DNA of 64,000 nt from Burkholderiaceae bacterium (GTDB lineage Bacteria > Pseudomonadota > Gammaproteobacteria > Burkholderiales > Burkholderiaceae_C), in NCBI GenBank assembly GCA_965229345.1, contig OZ245872.1, positions 3,094,971 through 3,158,970 of the forward strand, in the 5' to 3' direction. This document shows, piece by piece, positions 25,244 to 36,948 of the stretch. Position 1 is the stretch's first letter. Every line of letters begins with the position of its first letter. Position numbers and translations under genes: made by a program. The notes under the pieces are model-generated. The model had not been told where the DNA came from. It saw only the letters and a list, made by a program, of their open reading frames with translations, and did not search any database.

Positions 25244-25288
25244 TGACAATGTCAAGAGTAAGTGTATTTAAAAATTTGACAATGTCAA
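25244..25288 (-). promoter_or_regulatory. promoter with two copies of the palindromic operator TTGACA-N-TGTCAA
   Basis: Minus strand reads TTGACATTGTCAAATTTTTAAATACACTTACTCTTGACATTGTCAGGAGGAGCGGTTCCGTG. The -35 TTGACA lies inside the distal palindrome, followed by a 16-nt spacer and a -10-like TACACT. The proximal palindrome abuts the RBS. Palindrome centres are 33 bp apart. Confidence 0.55.
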
Positions 25289-25601
25289 ACTGAACATACA
25301 CGGTGTGCCCTTCATGTAAGGCATCTGGGCCTGGGAATGCCGCCGGTTCTATCTGTCAGACACCCAGATGGAATACGGCCGCTGTTAAAAGGTGATCAGC
25401 ATTTCGCGCCCTCCGTATGGATGTCAGCTACGGCATCACCACCAGTCACGCATTCGCGCCAACGATTCATCTGTTAGCCAATATCTCGCGCCTAAGTGCT
25501 AACTCAAGTGGTTCGCTGGACAAATGACTTGATGTGTGCCGCCCACAGAGCGTTACTGGTGCACCGCCGCGAAGGTCGCGGCGGACACCAGGAGAAGCTC
25601 A

Positions 25602-25991
25602 ATGAAGGCGAATGCAACAGGCTCGAAGGCACCGGCGATCAAGGTCGCAGCGAAAAAGCTCAGGTCCACGAAGAAGATTGATGTGCCGGCGGTGGTACCT
25701 GCGAAGGTGGTGCGTAGCAGCCGCGCCAAGACGGCTGGGGCGCTACCTCTCGTCCCTCCCACCCCATCCGAGCCGGTCGGCACCAGCAAGCAAGCTCGCT
25801 TGGTCTCGATGCTGAACGCCACCTCGGGCGCGACGCTCGAGCAGATGATGAATCTGACCGGCTGGCAAGCGCACACGGTGCGTGGCGCGATCAGCGGGGT
25901 GCTGCGCAAGCGGCTCGGCCTGAACGTGGTGTGCGATGCGGCTGGGTCGGAGGTGCGCCGCTATCGCATCGTCGGCTCGGTCGGCGCATGA
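25602..25991 (+). CDS. DUF3489 domain protein
   Basis: C-terminal SKQARLVSMLNATSGATLEQMMNLTGWQAHTVRGAISGVLRKRLGL is typical of DUF3489. RBS AGGAGAAG lies before the ATG at 25602. Confidence 0.7.
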   Translation: MKANATGSKAPAIKVAAKKLRSTKKIDVPAVVPAKVVRSSRAKTAGALPLVPPTPSEPVGTSKQARLVSMLNATSGATLEQMMNLTGWQAHTVRGAISGVLRKRLGLNVVCDAAGSEVRRYRIVGSVGA

Positions 25992-26388
25992 AGGTGGCTG
26001 ACTCGCTCGCCGAGTTGGCGGCGTTGGATCGGGCGAGTCTGGTCGAGCGCTGGGCAGCGGTGTTCGACCACCCTGCCCCGCGTCATGCCCAGGTTGGCCT
26101 GCTGCGCGGTGCGCTGGCATGGCGTATCCAGATGGAAGCTATTGCCGGCGCCGGTCGAGCCGATCGGCTGGTGCGGGGTCTGCGTCGATCTACTGTTGGT
26201 GCTGCACCTGCGGTGACACTGGCGCCAGGAACGCGGCTGCTGCGCGAGTGGAAGGGTCAGACGCACCATGTGACTGTTCTTTCATCGGGGTTTGAATACT
26301 CTGGTCGGACGTGGCGCAGCCTCACCGCGATCTCGCGTGAGATTACCGGGACGGCGTGGTCAGGCCCGCTGTTCTTCGGGTTGCGCTC

Positions 26389-26392
<4 letters not shown>
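25988..26392 (+). CDS. DUF2924 domain protein
   Basis: LVERWAAVFDHPAPRHAQVGLLRGALAWRIQ...GTRLLREWKGQTHHVTVL...SLTAISREITGTAWSGPLFFGL is typical of DUF2924. The ATG overlaps the previous stop (ATGA). Confidence 0.7.
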
Positions 26393-28083
<1,691 letters not shown>

Positions 28084-28290
28084 CCGGCTAATCGATCTAT
28101 TCGACATCTGGGCCCGCGACAGCGGGCCTTGTCGTTGGCGAGATGCACCGCGCGGAAAAGTTATACCGGGCAAATGGGCGACAGAGAATGGGCGGTGGTT
28201 TGGCGACCATCACGCCCGAAATTGCGCAGTGATCGCTATACAGAGAATTCGCCGTCGCCCGCAGGCCCGCGCAGTGCGGGGCTCGGGCAA

Positions 28291-28317
28291 GAAAAAGCCC
28301 TCCACGAGGGAGGGCTC
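28291..28317 (-). terminator. rho-independent terminator downstream of tRNA-Ser
   Basis: Minus strand reads GAGCCCTCCCTCGTGGAGGGCTTTTTC, a GC-rich 8-bp stem followed by a T-run, 9 nt after the tRNA 3' end. Confidence 0.6.
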
Positions 28318-28325
28318 AGACTTGC

Positions 28326-28418
28326 TGGCGGAGCCGGAGGGATTCGAACCCTCGATGCAGGTTTTGCCCACATACTCCCTTAGCAGGGGAGCACCTTCGG
28401 CCACTCGGTCACAGCTCC
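28326..28418 (-). tRNA. tRNA-Ser (anticodon GCU), encoded CCA end
   Basis: Minus strand reads GGAGCTGTGACCGAGTGGCCGAAGGTGCTCCCCTGCTAAGGGAGTATGTGGGCAAAACCTGCATCGAGGGTTCGAATCCCTCCGGCTCCGCCA. It has a 7-bp acceptor stem, anticodon loop CTGCTAA, a long variable arm and T-loop GGTTCGAATCC. Confidence 0.9.
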
Positions 28419-28464
28419 GCAGACAATAGCTTTCGATTCTAACTGCTCGCAATCGGCTTCTTGC

Positions 28465-29733
28465 TCAAGCCGGCGCTTGTTCCAGATCGAATGCCTTGTG
28501 CAGCGCGCGCACGGCGAGCTCCATGTACTTCTCGTCGATGACGACGCTGGTCTTGATCTCGCTGGTGGTGATCATCTGGATGTTGATGCCCTCGTCGCTG
28601 AGGGTGCTGAACATCTTGCTGGCCACGCCCACGTGCGAGCGCATGCCGATGCCGACGATGCTCACCTTGCAGATCTTGGTGTCACCCGACAACGTGGCCG
28701 CACCGGTCTTCGGGATCACGGCGGACTTCAAAAGATCCATCGTGCGCGCATAGTCGTTGCGGTGCACGGTGAACGAGAAATCGGTCTTGCCGTCGTGCGA
28801 CACGTTCTGGATGATCACGTCGACATCGATGTTCGCGTCGGCCACCGGGCCCAGGATCTGGAAGGCGATGCCCGGCTTGTCAGGCACACCGATCAGGCTG
28901 ATCTTGGCCTCGTCGCGGTTGAAGGCGATGCCCGATACGACGGCTTGTTCCATTTTTTCGTCCTCTTCGAAAGTGATCAGCGTGCCCGACTTCGCCTCTT
29001 CGACGATGTCGATGTCCCACGGCGTGAAGCTCGACAGCACGCGCAGCGGCACGCGGTACTTGCCGGCGAATTCGACCGAGCGGATCTGCAGCACCTTGGA
29101 GCCCAGGCTCGCCATTTCCAGCATCTCTTCGAAGCTGATGGTCTGCAGCCGGCGTGCCTCGGGCACGATGCGCGGGTCGGTGGTGTAGACGCCATCCACG
29201 TCGGTGTAGATCAGGCACTCGTCGGCCTTCAAGGCAGCCGCCACGGCCACCGCCGAGGTGTCCGAGCCACCACGGCCCAGCGTGGTGATGTGGCCCTGCT
29301 CATCGACGCCCTGGAAGCCGGTGATCACGACCACCTTGCCGGCTGCCAGATCGGCGCGCACGCGCTGGTCATCGATGCTCTGGATGCGCGCCTTGGTGTA
29401 AGACGAGTCGGTCTTGATCGGCACCTGCCAACCGGCATAACTGACCGATGGGATGCCCTCGGCTTGCAAGGCGATGGCCAGCAGGCCCACCGAGACCTGC
29501 TCTCCGGTCGCGGCAATCAGATCGAGCTCGCGCATCAGCTCAGTGGAACTGCGCTCGGGCGACAGCTCTTTCGCCAGACCGAGCAGGCGGTTGGTCTCAC
29601 CGCTCATCGCCGACGGCACGACCACCATCTGATGACCGGCGCGCGCCCATTTGGCCACGCGCTTGGCGACGTTGCGGATGCGCTCGGTGGACCCCATCGA
29701 GGTGCCGCCGTATTTGTGTACTGTCAGGGCCAT
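28465..29733 (-). CDS. lysC: aspartate kinase
   Basis: MALTVHKYGGTSMGS..., with C-terminal ACT repeats. Internal ATG of ORF 28465..29772. Confidence 0.9.
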   Translation of the reverse strand: MALTVHKYGGTSMGSTERIRNVAKRVAKWARAGHQMVVVPSAMSGETNRLLGLAKELSPERSSTELMRELDLIAATGEQVSVGLLAIALQAEGIPSVSYAGWQVPIKTDSSYTKARIQSIDDQRVRADLAAGKVVVITGFQGVDEQGHITTLGRGGSDTSAVAVAAALKADECLIYTDVDGVYTTDPRIVPEARRLQTISFEEMLEMASLGSKVLQIRSVEFAGKYRVPLRVLSSFTPWDIDIVEEAKSGTLITFEEDEKMEQAVVSGIAFNRDEAKISLIGVPDKPGIAFQILGPVADANIDVDVIIQNVSHDGKTDFSFTVHRNDYARTMDLLKSAVIPKTGAATLSGDTKICKVSIVGIGMRSHVGVASKMFSTLSDEGINIQMITTSEIKTSVVIDEKYMELAVRALHKAFDLEQAPA

Positions 29734-29828
29734 GGGATTCAGTGCATCGCAGCCATTCGATGACTGCGGCATGGTTCGGGAAAGCCCTCTAGTTTACTAG
29801 GGCCTGCGTCAGGTTCAACGGCGAACCG

Positions 29829-31142
29829 TCACGCCGGCCCGTGGGGGTCCCAGGTCAGCGTCACCTGCGGCTGCCCGGGCAAGCCGATCACCCGCGCATC
29901 GATGCCCAGGCCGGGCACGAAGACCAGTTGGCCGCCGCTGTAGACCAGCGGGCCGGCTCGCAACCAGCCGGGCACTTCGGCGGCCTGGAACTGCTTCTTC
30001 AGGCTGCGAGCAGGCCGCCCGATGCCGGTCTGAAAGCGCTCTCCGCCTGATCGCTCACGCAGTTCGACCTGTGCCAACCAGGCCAAAGGCACGCCGCCCT
30101 CCTTCACGCGCACGGCTCTCAAGCAACCGCCCCATCCAGGCAGCCGATGGGCTCCGGCGCGGCGGATGCTCAGCGTCGATTCCGGGGGCGGCGCGGCCTG
30201 CGCGACCCTGGATGCGCCCTGCCAGGTCAGCTGCCCCCGGTACCGTCGCAGCACCCCGTCGGCCAGCGGCCAGGAGGCCGACCCTGCCCTCAACAGCTCT
30301 TCGCTCAGGCGTGTGATGAGCGACGCAGGCGGGGCGCGACCGGTCTGGCGGCGCAGCCAGGCGCGCAAGGCGTTGACCCGGCGGGCGACCGACAGCGCTT
30401 GCAGCCCGGACAGCATCAAACCCCGATCGCCAACGATCGCGGACAGGTCGTCGGCAGCCACTTCATCGAGGCATGCTGTTGCCTGCTGCGCCCAGGTTGC
30501 GGCGGCGGCCAGTGCGGGCTCGGCATCGGGGAACGCCTGTTCCAGTGCGGGCCACACGCGCTGCCGCAAGCGGTTGCGTGCATAGCGCTCGTCACGGTTG
30601 CTGTCGTCGTCGATGTAGGCAAGCCTCTGCGATTGCACATAGGCCTCGATGGCGCTGCGAGGCTTGTCCAGCCAGGGGCGCGCCCAGCGCAGCCCGTCGC
30701 GCTCGATGGTGCGCGGCATGCCCGACAAGCCCGCGACGCCAGCCGATCGCAGCGCCTGCAGGATCAGCGTCTCGGCCTGATCGCGGCGGTGGTGCGCGAG
30801 CAGCACCAGCTTGGCCCCGTGACGCTTTGCCAAGCGCTTCAGCGCAGCGTAGCGCTCGCGGCGTGCCCAGGCTTCGATGCTGTCGCCAGGTTGAGGTTGG
30901 CTGCGCAGCCGGGCCGCTGCAAAGGAGAGCGGCCAGCCATCGGCCACCCAGCGTTCACATTGATCGCGACAGCGGCGCTCCCAGGCATCGGCGTGTGCAC
31001 TGAGGCGATGGTTGACATGCAGGGCGACAACCACCACGCCCAGCTCACGCGCGGTGACCAGCGTGGCACACAGCAAGGCGGTGGAATCGCGACCGCCGCT
31101 GTAGGCGACAGCCACACATGGGGGCAGCGGCGAGGACGTCAC
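29829..31142 (-). CDS. tilS: tRNA(Ile)-lysidine synthetase
   Basis: PP-loop VAYSGGRDSTALL and LLAHHRRDQAETLIL. Confidence 0.85.
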   Translation of the reverse strand: MTSSPLPPCVAVAYSGGRDSTALLCATLVTARELGVVVVALHVNHRLSAHADAWERRCRDQCERWVADGWPLSFAAARLRSQPQPGDSIEAWARRERYAALKRLAKRHGAKLVLLAHHRRDQAETLILQALRSAGVAGLSGMPRTIERDGLRWARPWLDKPRSAIEAYVQSQRLAYIDDDSNRDERYARNRLRQRVWPALEQAFPDAEPALAAAATWAQQATACLDEVAADDLSAIVGDRGLMLSGLQALSVARRVNALRAWLRRQTGRAPPASLITRLSEELLRAGSASWPLADGVLRRYRGQLTWQGASRVAQAAPPPESTLSIRRAGAHRLPGWGGCLRAVRVKEGGVPLAWLAQVELRERSGGERFQTGIGRPARSLKKQFQAAEVPGWLRAGPLVYSGGQLVFVPGLGIDARVIGLPGQPQVTLTWDPHGPA

Positions 31143-31161
31143 GCGCCGCCGCCTCGGGCGC

Positions 31162-32133
31162 TCAACGGTCGGTGGTGTCGGTGAAGCGACCGTAGGTCTG
31201 CAAACGCTCGTAGCGGCGTTGCAGCAGTTCCTTCGGCTTCAGGTCGCTGACCTGGCGCAGCGCATCGTTCAAGGCACGCTTGAGCTGCGCAGCCATCGCC
31301 TTGATGTCGCGGTGGCCGCCACCGACGGGCTCGTTGACGATCTTGTCGACCAGCCCCAGCGCCTTCAGGCGGTGTGCCGTGATGCCGAGCTGTTCGGCCG
31401 CATCCGCCGCGCGCTCGGACGTCTTCCACAGAATGGACGCGCAACCTTCCGGCGAGATCACCGAATAGATCGAGTACTGCAACATCAGCAACTGGTCGCC
31501 CACGCTGATGGCCAGCGCGCCACCCGAACCGCCCTCGCCGATGATGGTGACGATGATCGGCACCTCCAGCTGCGCCATCTCGAAGATGTTGCGGCCGATG
31601 GCTTCAGATTGACCGCGCTCCTCGGCGCCGATGCCAGGGTAGGCGCCGGGTGTGTCGACGAAGGTGAAGATTGGCAGGCCGAATTTCTCGGCCAGCTTCA
31701 TCAGGCGCAGGGCCTTGCGGTAGCCCTCGGGGCGCGACATGCCGAAATTGCGCAGACCGCGCTCACGGGTGTCGCGGCCTTTCTGGTGACCGATCACCAT
31801 GCAGGCCTGGCCATTGAAGCGCGCCAGGCCGCCAACGATGGATTGGTCGTCAGCGAAGTGCCGGTCGCCGTGCAGTTCCTGGAAATCAGTGAAGATTTCG
31901 TTGACGTAGTCCAGCGTGTAAGGCCGCTGCGGGTGCCGCGCGATCTGTGTCACCTGCCACGGCGTCAGGCTTGCGTAGATGTCCTTGGTGAGCTGCAGGC
32001 TCTTCTTGCTGAGGCGGTCGATTTCCTCGGAGATGTCGACCGCCGATTCGTTCTGCACATAGCGCAGTTCGTCGATCTTGGTTTCGAGATCGGCCACTGG
32101 CTGCTCGAATTCGAGAAAGTGTCTTTTGCTCAT
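31162..32133 (-). CDS. accA: acetyl-CoA carboxylase carboxyltransferase subunit alpha
   Basis: [19 protein letters not shown]...[20 protein letters not shown]...[20 protein letters not shown]. Confidence 0.95.
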   Translation of the reverse strand: MSKRHFLEFEQPVADLETKIDELRYVQNESAVDISEEIDRLSKKSLQLTKDIYASLTPWQVTQIARHPQRPYTLDYVNEIFTDFQELHGDRHFADDQSIVGGLARFNGQACMVIGHQKGRDTRERGLRNFGMSRPEGYRKALRLMKLAEKFGLPIFTFVDTPGAYPGIGAEERGQSEAIGRNIFEMAQLEVPIIVTIIGEGGSGGALAISVGDQLLMLQYSIYSVISPEGCASILWKTSERAADAAEQLGITAHRLKALGLVDKIVNEPVGGGHRDIKAMAAQLKRALNDALRQVSDLKPKELLQRRYERLQTYGRFTDTTDR

Positions 32134-32179
32134 CCGTGGTTCTACTCGCGGTATCGGTTGGTAACGGAGACCAAACAGC

Positions 32180-32830
32180 TCAATAGTTTACCGGCGTCGG
32201 CTCAAGGCTGCGCCAGATGTACCAGGTGGCAACCGAGCGGAAAGGTGCCCAGGCATCGCCGACCTCGCGGGCCTCGGCGCGCGACACGGGCTCACCACTG
32301 AAGTAGTTGATGCTGATGCCCTTGATCAGTCCGGCATCGTCCAGTGGCAGCACGTTCGGGCGCGCCAGGTGAAACATCAGGAACATCTCGGCCGTCCAGC
32401 GGCCGATCCCGCGGATCGCGACCAGTTCGTCGACGATGGCTTCGTCGTCCATCTCGGCCCACTGCCGCTCGTGCACTGAACCCGTCGAGAAATGCTGCGC
32501 CAGATCGTTCAGGTACTCGACCTTGCGCGCAGACAGGCCGGCCGCGCGCAGCTCGGTGGCTTGCAGCTTCAGCACGCCAGCCGGCTGCAAATGAACGGTG
32601 CCCCCAGGCACCGCTGCGAGAAAGCGGTCCCACACCGTCTGCGCCGCCTTGACGGAGATCTGTTGGCTGACGATGGATCTCGCCAGCGTCGTGAAGGCGT
32701 CACCGCGGCCCTTCAGGTGGCCGTTGCCGCACTTCGGGATCAGCTTGCGCATCACCCGGTCGCGCTTGGCGAGGTGCTTGCATGCGTCCTCCCAGTAGGC
32801 AGGAGGCGTGGTGGCAGTCGACACGCTCAA
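32180..32830 (-). CDS. DNA-3-methyladenine glycosylase II family (HhH-GPD)
   Basis: [18 protein letters not shown] HhH motif and a conserved Asp in VLPLDDAGL. Confidence 0.75.
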   Translation of the reverse strand: MSVSTATTPPAYWEDACKHLAKRDRVMRKLIPKCGNGHLKGRGDAFTTLARSIVSQQISVKAAQTVWDRFLAAVPGGTVHLQPAGVLKLQATELRAAGLSARKVEYLNDLAQHFSTGSVHERQWAEMDDEAIVDELVAIRGIGRWTAEMFLMFHLARPNVLPLDDAGLIKGISINYFSGEPVSRAEAREVGDAWAPFRSVATWYIWRSLEPTPVNY

Positions 32831-34209
32831 GCCTTGATCCAGGTGGTGCCTTGGGGGGAGTCCTGCAGCACGATGGACTGTGCGGCGAGCTCCTGCCGGA
32901 TTTGATCGGCACGCGCAAAATTTCGCGCTGCTTTCGCCGCCTGACGTTCGGCAATCAAGGCATCAATGCGCGATTCGTCCAGCCCGCTGCCGGCCTGCAG
33001 GAAGGTCTGCGCGGGTTGCTGCAGCAGGCCGAGAACGCGACCCAGCGACTTCAGCAGCCGAGCGGCTTGCGGAGAACGTGTGCGATTGACCTCGCCCGCC
33101 AGATCGAACAGCACCGCCACCGCGCCAGGCGTGTTGAAGTCTTCGTTCATCTCGGCGCGGAAGGTCGCGGCCTGTGGTTGCGACCAGTCTATGGCCGCTC
33201 CTGCATCGTCAGCCACATCGACACTGGACAGCGCGGTGTAAATCCGCCGCAGCGCATGCCGCGCATCGTCGAGGTTGGCATCGCTGAAGTTGAACGGGCT
33301 GCGGTAATGGGTGCGCAACATGAAGAAGCGCACCGTCTCGCCGTCATAGCGCTTGAGTACATCGCGGATGGTGAAGAAGTTGCCAAGCGACTTCGACATC
33401 TTCTCGTTGTCGACATTGAGGAAGCCGTTGTGCATCCAGACGTTGACGTATTTGTGGCCGGTCGCGCCTTCGCTCTGCGCGATTTCGTTCTCGTGGTGCG
33501 GGAACTGCAGATCGAGGCCGCCGCCATGAATGTCGAAATGCTCGCCGAGCAGCGCACAGCTCATCGCCGAGCACTCGATGTGCCACCCCGGGCGGCCCGT
33601 GCCGAAGGGGCTCTCCCATTTCGCGTCCGCAGGCTCGCTGTCCTTGGCAGACTTCCAGAGCACGAAGTCCAGCGGGTCTTCCTTGCCGTCGAGCACCGCC
33701 ACGCGCTCGCCGGCGCGCAGCTGATCGATGGACTTGCCGGACAGGCGTCCATAGGCCGGAAACTTGCGCACCGCGTAGTTGACATCGCCGTTGGGCGATC
33801 GGTAGGCCAGACCTTTTTGTTCGAGCGTGCTGATCATCTTCAGCATGGCCGGCACGTGCTCGGTGGCACGTGGTTCATGGGTGGGCGGCAGGATGCCGAG
33901 CGCAGCCACATCCTGGTGCATCGCGACGGTCATCTCGTCGGTGAGTTGCCGGATGGGGATGTTGCGCTCGACGGCGCGCTTGATGATCTTGTCATCGATG
34001 TCGGTGATGTTGCGCACGTAGGTGACGTCATATCCCAGCTCGCGCAGCCAGCGACAGGCCACATCGAAGGCCATCATGAAGCGCGCATGTCCGACGTGGC
34101 ACAGGTCGTAGATCGTCATGCCGCAGACGTACATCCGCACTCGGTTGGCATCGATCGGGGTGAACACCTCTGTCTCGCGGGACAAGGAATTGAAGATGCG
34201 CAAGGTCAT
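32827..34209 (-). CDS. cysS: cysteine--tRNA ligase
   Basis: [18 protein letters not shown] (HIGH) and KMSKSLGN (KMSKS). Internal ATG of ORF 32827..34305. Confidence 0.95.
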   Translation of the reverse strand: MTLRIFNSLSRETEVFTPIDANRVRMYVCGMTIYDLCHVGHARFMMAFDVACRWLRELGYDVTYVRNITDIDDKIIKRAVERNIPIRQLTDEMTVAMHQDVAALGILPPTHEPRATEHVPAMLKMISTLEQKGLAYRSPNGDVNYAVRKFPAYGRLSGKSIDQLRAGERVAVLDGKEDPLDFVLWKSAKDSEPADAKWESPFGTGRPGWHIECSAMSCALLGEHFDIHGGGLDLQFPHHENEIAQSEGATGHKYVNVWMHNGFLNVDNEKMSKSLGNFFTIRDVLKRYDGETVRFFMLRTHYRSPFNFSDANLDDARHALRRIYTALSSVDVADDAGAAIDWSQPQAATFRAEMNEDFNTPGAVAVLFDLAGEVNRTRSPQAARLLKSLGRVLGLLQQPAQTFLQAGSGLDESRIDALIAERQAAKAARNFARADQIRQELAAQSIVLQDSPQGTTWIKA

Positions 34210-34450
34210 GTGCGAAGTCGAAGTGATCGCGGCGCGAAAGCGCACCGCATCGAATTGCCACAGGGGGAACGGGGCGGCGATTGTGCGGCCTGGCCGCATC
34301 GGCATGGATCAGGGCCTGCACCTGAACCGACGGATTCCTGCAAGAAGCAGCGCACCTACAATCGAGCGAAAGTCAGTATACCGGCGTGCCTACGGACGAT
34401 GCACCATGCTCGATGTCCGGTACGCCCCACCCCTCGAAGCTTTCCCATCC

Positions 34451-34987
34451 ATGTCCTTCGTTCGACACCTGCAACTCGCTCTCGCGACGCTGATCCTGTG
34501 GCTGTCTGCTGGCATGGTCCACGCCGCCGACGACGTGGCGAACATCACCCAGCTGTTCCGCTCCGGCCAGCAAAGCGAGGCGTTCACGCAGATCGATGCG
34601 TTGCTGGCCAACAAGTCGGATCGTCCCGATCTGCGCATGCTCAAGGGCGTGTTGCTGGTCGATGCGCGCCGCACCGATGAAGCGCTGGTGGTGTTCCAGC
34701 AACTGACTGAAGATTTCCCGGAAGTCCCTGAGCCGTACAACAACCTCGCGGTGCTCTATGCGGCGCGCGGCGATTTCGACAAGGCCCGCCAGGCCTTGGA
34801 AGGCGCCTTGCGTGCCAATCCCGGCTTCGCGACCGCCCACCAGAATCTGGGCGATGTCTATGCGCAACTGGCTCAGCTGTCCTACCAGCGGGCGCTGAAG
34901 GCCGAGCCGACCAATGCGGAGATTCCTCCGCGACTGGCCCTGCTGCGCAAGCTCAACGAGCCGGCGGCGAGCAAATCGGCTCCCTGA
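34451..34987 (+). CDS. secreted tetratricopeptide-repeat protein
   Basis: Signal peptide [25 protein letters not shown] and TPR-like repeats ([32 protein letters not shown]). Confidence 0.65.
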   Translation: MSFVRHLQLALATLILWLSAGMVHAADDVANITQLFRSGQQSEAFTQIDALLANKSDRPDLRMLKGVLLVDARRTDEALVVFQQLTEDFPEVPEPYNNLAVLYAARGDFDKARQALEGALRANPGFATAHQNLGDVYAQLAQLSYQRALKAEPTNAEIPPRLALLRKLNEPAASKSAP

Positions 34988-35018
34988 TCCCGGATCACCA
35001 TTTTTCGAGAGGCATTTC

Positions 35019-35585
35019 ATGCGTTCGAGATTTCTCGCCGGCATCGCTGCAGCCGTGCTGACGGTCACGGCAACCACCACAGCGCTCGCTCAGAAAGTGA
35101 ACCTCAGCACCAGCCTCGGGGATATCGTCATTGAGCTCAACCCCGCCAAGGCGCCGAAGACGGTCGACAACTTCCTGCAGTACGTGAAGTCCGGCCACTA
35201 CGACGGCACGGTGTTTCACCGGGTGATCGAGAACTTCATGATCCAGGGTGGCGGCTTCTCGCCGGAGCTCAAGGAAAAAGCCACACGCGCGCCGATCCCG
35301 CTGGAGTCACGCAACGGCCTCGGCAACAGCCGCGGCACGCTCGCCATGGCGCGCACCTCGGACCCCAATTCCGCCACCGCACAGTTCTTCATCAACGTGC
35401 AAGACAACGGCTTCCTCGACGCTGCACGCTCCCCTGACGGCAACGGCTATGCCGTGTTCGGCAAGGTCATCTCCGGCATGGAGGTGGTAGACCGCATTCG
35501 TGCGGTGCCCACGGGCAATCGTGGCCCTTACCAGAACGTGCCACTGCAGCCAGTGACCATCCTCAAGGCCACGGTCGCGCCCTGA
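35019..35585 (+). CDS. ppiA: periplasmic peptidyl-prolyl cis-trans isomerase (cyclophilin)
   Basis: Signal peptide followed by [15 protein letters not shown] and [21 protein letters not shown]. Confidence 0.9.
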   Translation: MRSRFLAGIAAAVLTVTATTTALAQKVNLSTSLGDIVIELNPAKAPKTVDNFLQYVKSGHYDGTVFHRVIENFMIQGGGFSPELKEKATRAPIPLESRNGLGNSRGTLAMARTSDPNSATAQFFINVQDNGFLDAARSPDGNGYAVFGKVISGMEVVDRIRAVPTGNRGPYQNVPLQPVTILKATVAP

Positions 35586-35634
35586 GCAATTCCGCTGGCG
35601 CCTGTTTCCAACCCCACTCAACCCCACCTACACC

Positions 35635-36135
35635 ATGGCAACCCAAGTTGAACTGCACACCTCGCACGGACTGATCCGCATCGAACTGGACGACGCGAAG
35701 GCTCCTCTGAGCACCGCCAATTTCCTCGCCTATGTGCGCAAGGGCTTCTATGACGGCACCATCTTTCACCGCGTGATCAAGGGCTTCATGATCCAGGGCG
35801 GTGGCTTCGAGCCCGGCATGGGACAGAAATCGACGGATGCCCCGATCAAGAACGAGGCCAACAACGGCCTGAAGAACCAGCGCTACACGCTGGCGATGGC
35901 GCGGACTTCCGATCCGCACTCGGCCACGGGCCAGTTCTTCATCAACGCCAACGACAACGAGTTCCTGAACTTCAAAGCCGAATCCGGCAGTGGCTGGGGC
36001 TATGCCGTCTTCGGGAAGGTGATCACCGGCACCGAGGTGGTGGACGCGATCGAAGGCGTGAAGACCGGCCGCAAGGGCTTCCATGACGACGTGCCGAACG
36101 ACGATGTCGTGATCGTCAAGGCCGTGGTGGTTTGA
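35635..36135 (+). CDS. ppiB: cytoplasmic peptidyl-prolyl cis-trans isomerase (cyclophilin)
   Basis: [15 protein letters not shown] and [21 protein letters not shown], with no signal peptide. Confidence 0.9.
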   Translation: MATQVELHTSHGLIRIELDDAKAPLSTANFLAYVRKGFYDGTIFHRVIKGFMIQGGGFEPGMGQKSTDAPIKNEANNGLKNQRYTLAMARTSDPHSATGQFFINANDNEFLNFKAESGSGWGYAVFGKVITGTEVVDAIEGVKTGRKGFHDDVPNDDVVIVKAVVV

Positions 36136-36139
36136 GCGC

Positions 36140-36946
36140 GTGACGACAGACGGCCCGCTGGCATTGCCCACCTTCTGGGAAATGCAGGCATCGGCCGACT
36201 GGCGCGCGATCGACTTCATCAGCGATCTGCACCTGGCCGAGGACACACCGCATACATTCGACGCATTCGCGTCGTTCCTGCGGCACACGCGCGCTGACGC
36301 GGTCTTCATCCTCGGCGACCTGTTCGAGGTTTGGGTCGGCGACGATGCGCGCCACGAGGGTTTCGAAGCCCGATGCACCGAGGTGCTGTGCGAGGCCAGC
36401 ACGCGCTGCGCCCTGGGCTTCATGGTCGGCAACCGCGACTTTCTCGTCGGGGCCGACATGCTGAAGTCCTGCGGCGTACTCGCGCTCGCCGACCCGACCG
36501 TGATGGTCGCCTTCGGCGAACACGTGATGCTCACGCACGGCGATGCCCTGTGTCTCTCTGATGCGCCCTACCAGCGCTTTCGCGCGATGGTGCGCAACCC
36601 GGCTTGGCGACGTGATTTCCTGGCGCGTCCACTCGCGGAGCGGCGGCGCGTTGCCCGCGAAGTGCGCAACGAAAGCGAGCGACGACAGCGTGAACAGATG
36701 GCTGGCCTCGACGCCGACATCGACGTCGCCACAGCCGTACGCTGGATGCACGAAGCCGGCACGACGACGCTGATCCACGGGCACACACATCGGCCCGGAA
36801 CCGACGCCTTGGCACCCGGCTTCATCCGTCACGTGCTCAGCGACTGGGACCTCGATCAGGACGCAGCCGCCCCGCGCGCCGAGGTGCTGCGCTGGACCGC
36901 AGCCGGACTGAAGCGCTTGTCACTGGCGCAAGCCATCGAGCGCTGA
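36140..36946 (+). CDS. lpxH: UDP-2,3-diacylglucosamine diphosphatase
   Basis: FISDLHL, ILGDLFEVWVGDD, GNRDFL and HGHTHRP metallophosphatase motifs in LpxH order. Confidence 0.85.
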   Translation: MTTDGPLALPTFWEMQASADWRAIDFISDLHLAEDTPHTFDAFASFLRHTRADAVFILGDLFEVWVGDDARHEGFEARCTEVLCEASTRCALGFMVGNRDFLVGADMLKSCGVLALADPTVMVAFGEHVMLTHGDALCLSDAPYQRFRAMVRNPAWRRDFLARPLAERRRVAREVRNESERRQREQMAGLDADIDVATAVRWMHEAGTTTLIHGHTHRPGTDALAPGFIRHVLSDWDLDQDAAAPRAEVLRWTAAGLKRLSLAQAIER

Positions 36947-36948
36947 GC

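Noticed and set aside
25390-25500. Three occurrences of TCGCGCC (about 25405, 25454 and 25487) in the divergent intergenic region
   Set aside because: A 7-mer this short and GC-rich is expected by chance in this genome, and the spacing is irregular.
28326-28418. tRNA-Ser 3' end as the island att site with a distal direct repeat
   Set aside because: The tRNA and its terminator are intact, and scanning the candidate left ends by eye found no partial tRNA copy. Serine recombinases do not require one. A computational repeat search is still needed.
28477-29763. 428-aa + strand ORF
   Set aside because: It is antisense to aspartate kinase and has no motifs.
29734-29828. Lysine riboswitch upstream of lysC
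   Set aside because: Only about 95 nt are available, and no L-box-like conserved segments are recognisable.
31219-32301. 360-aa + strand ORF
   Set aside because: It is antisense to accA.
32782-34680. 632-aa + strand ORF
   Set aside because: It is antisense to cysS and then runs into the TPR gene region in another frame.
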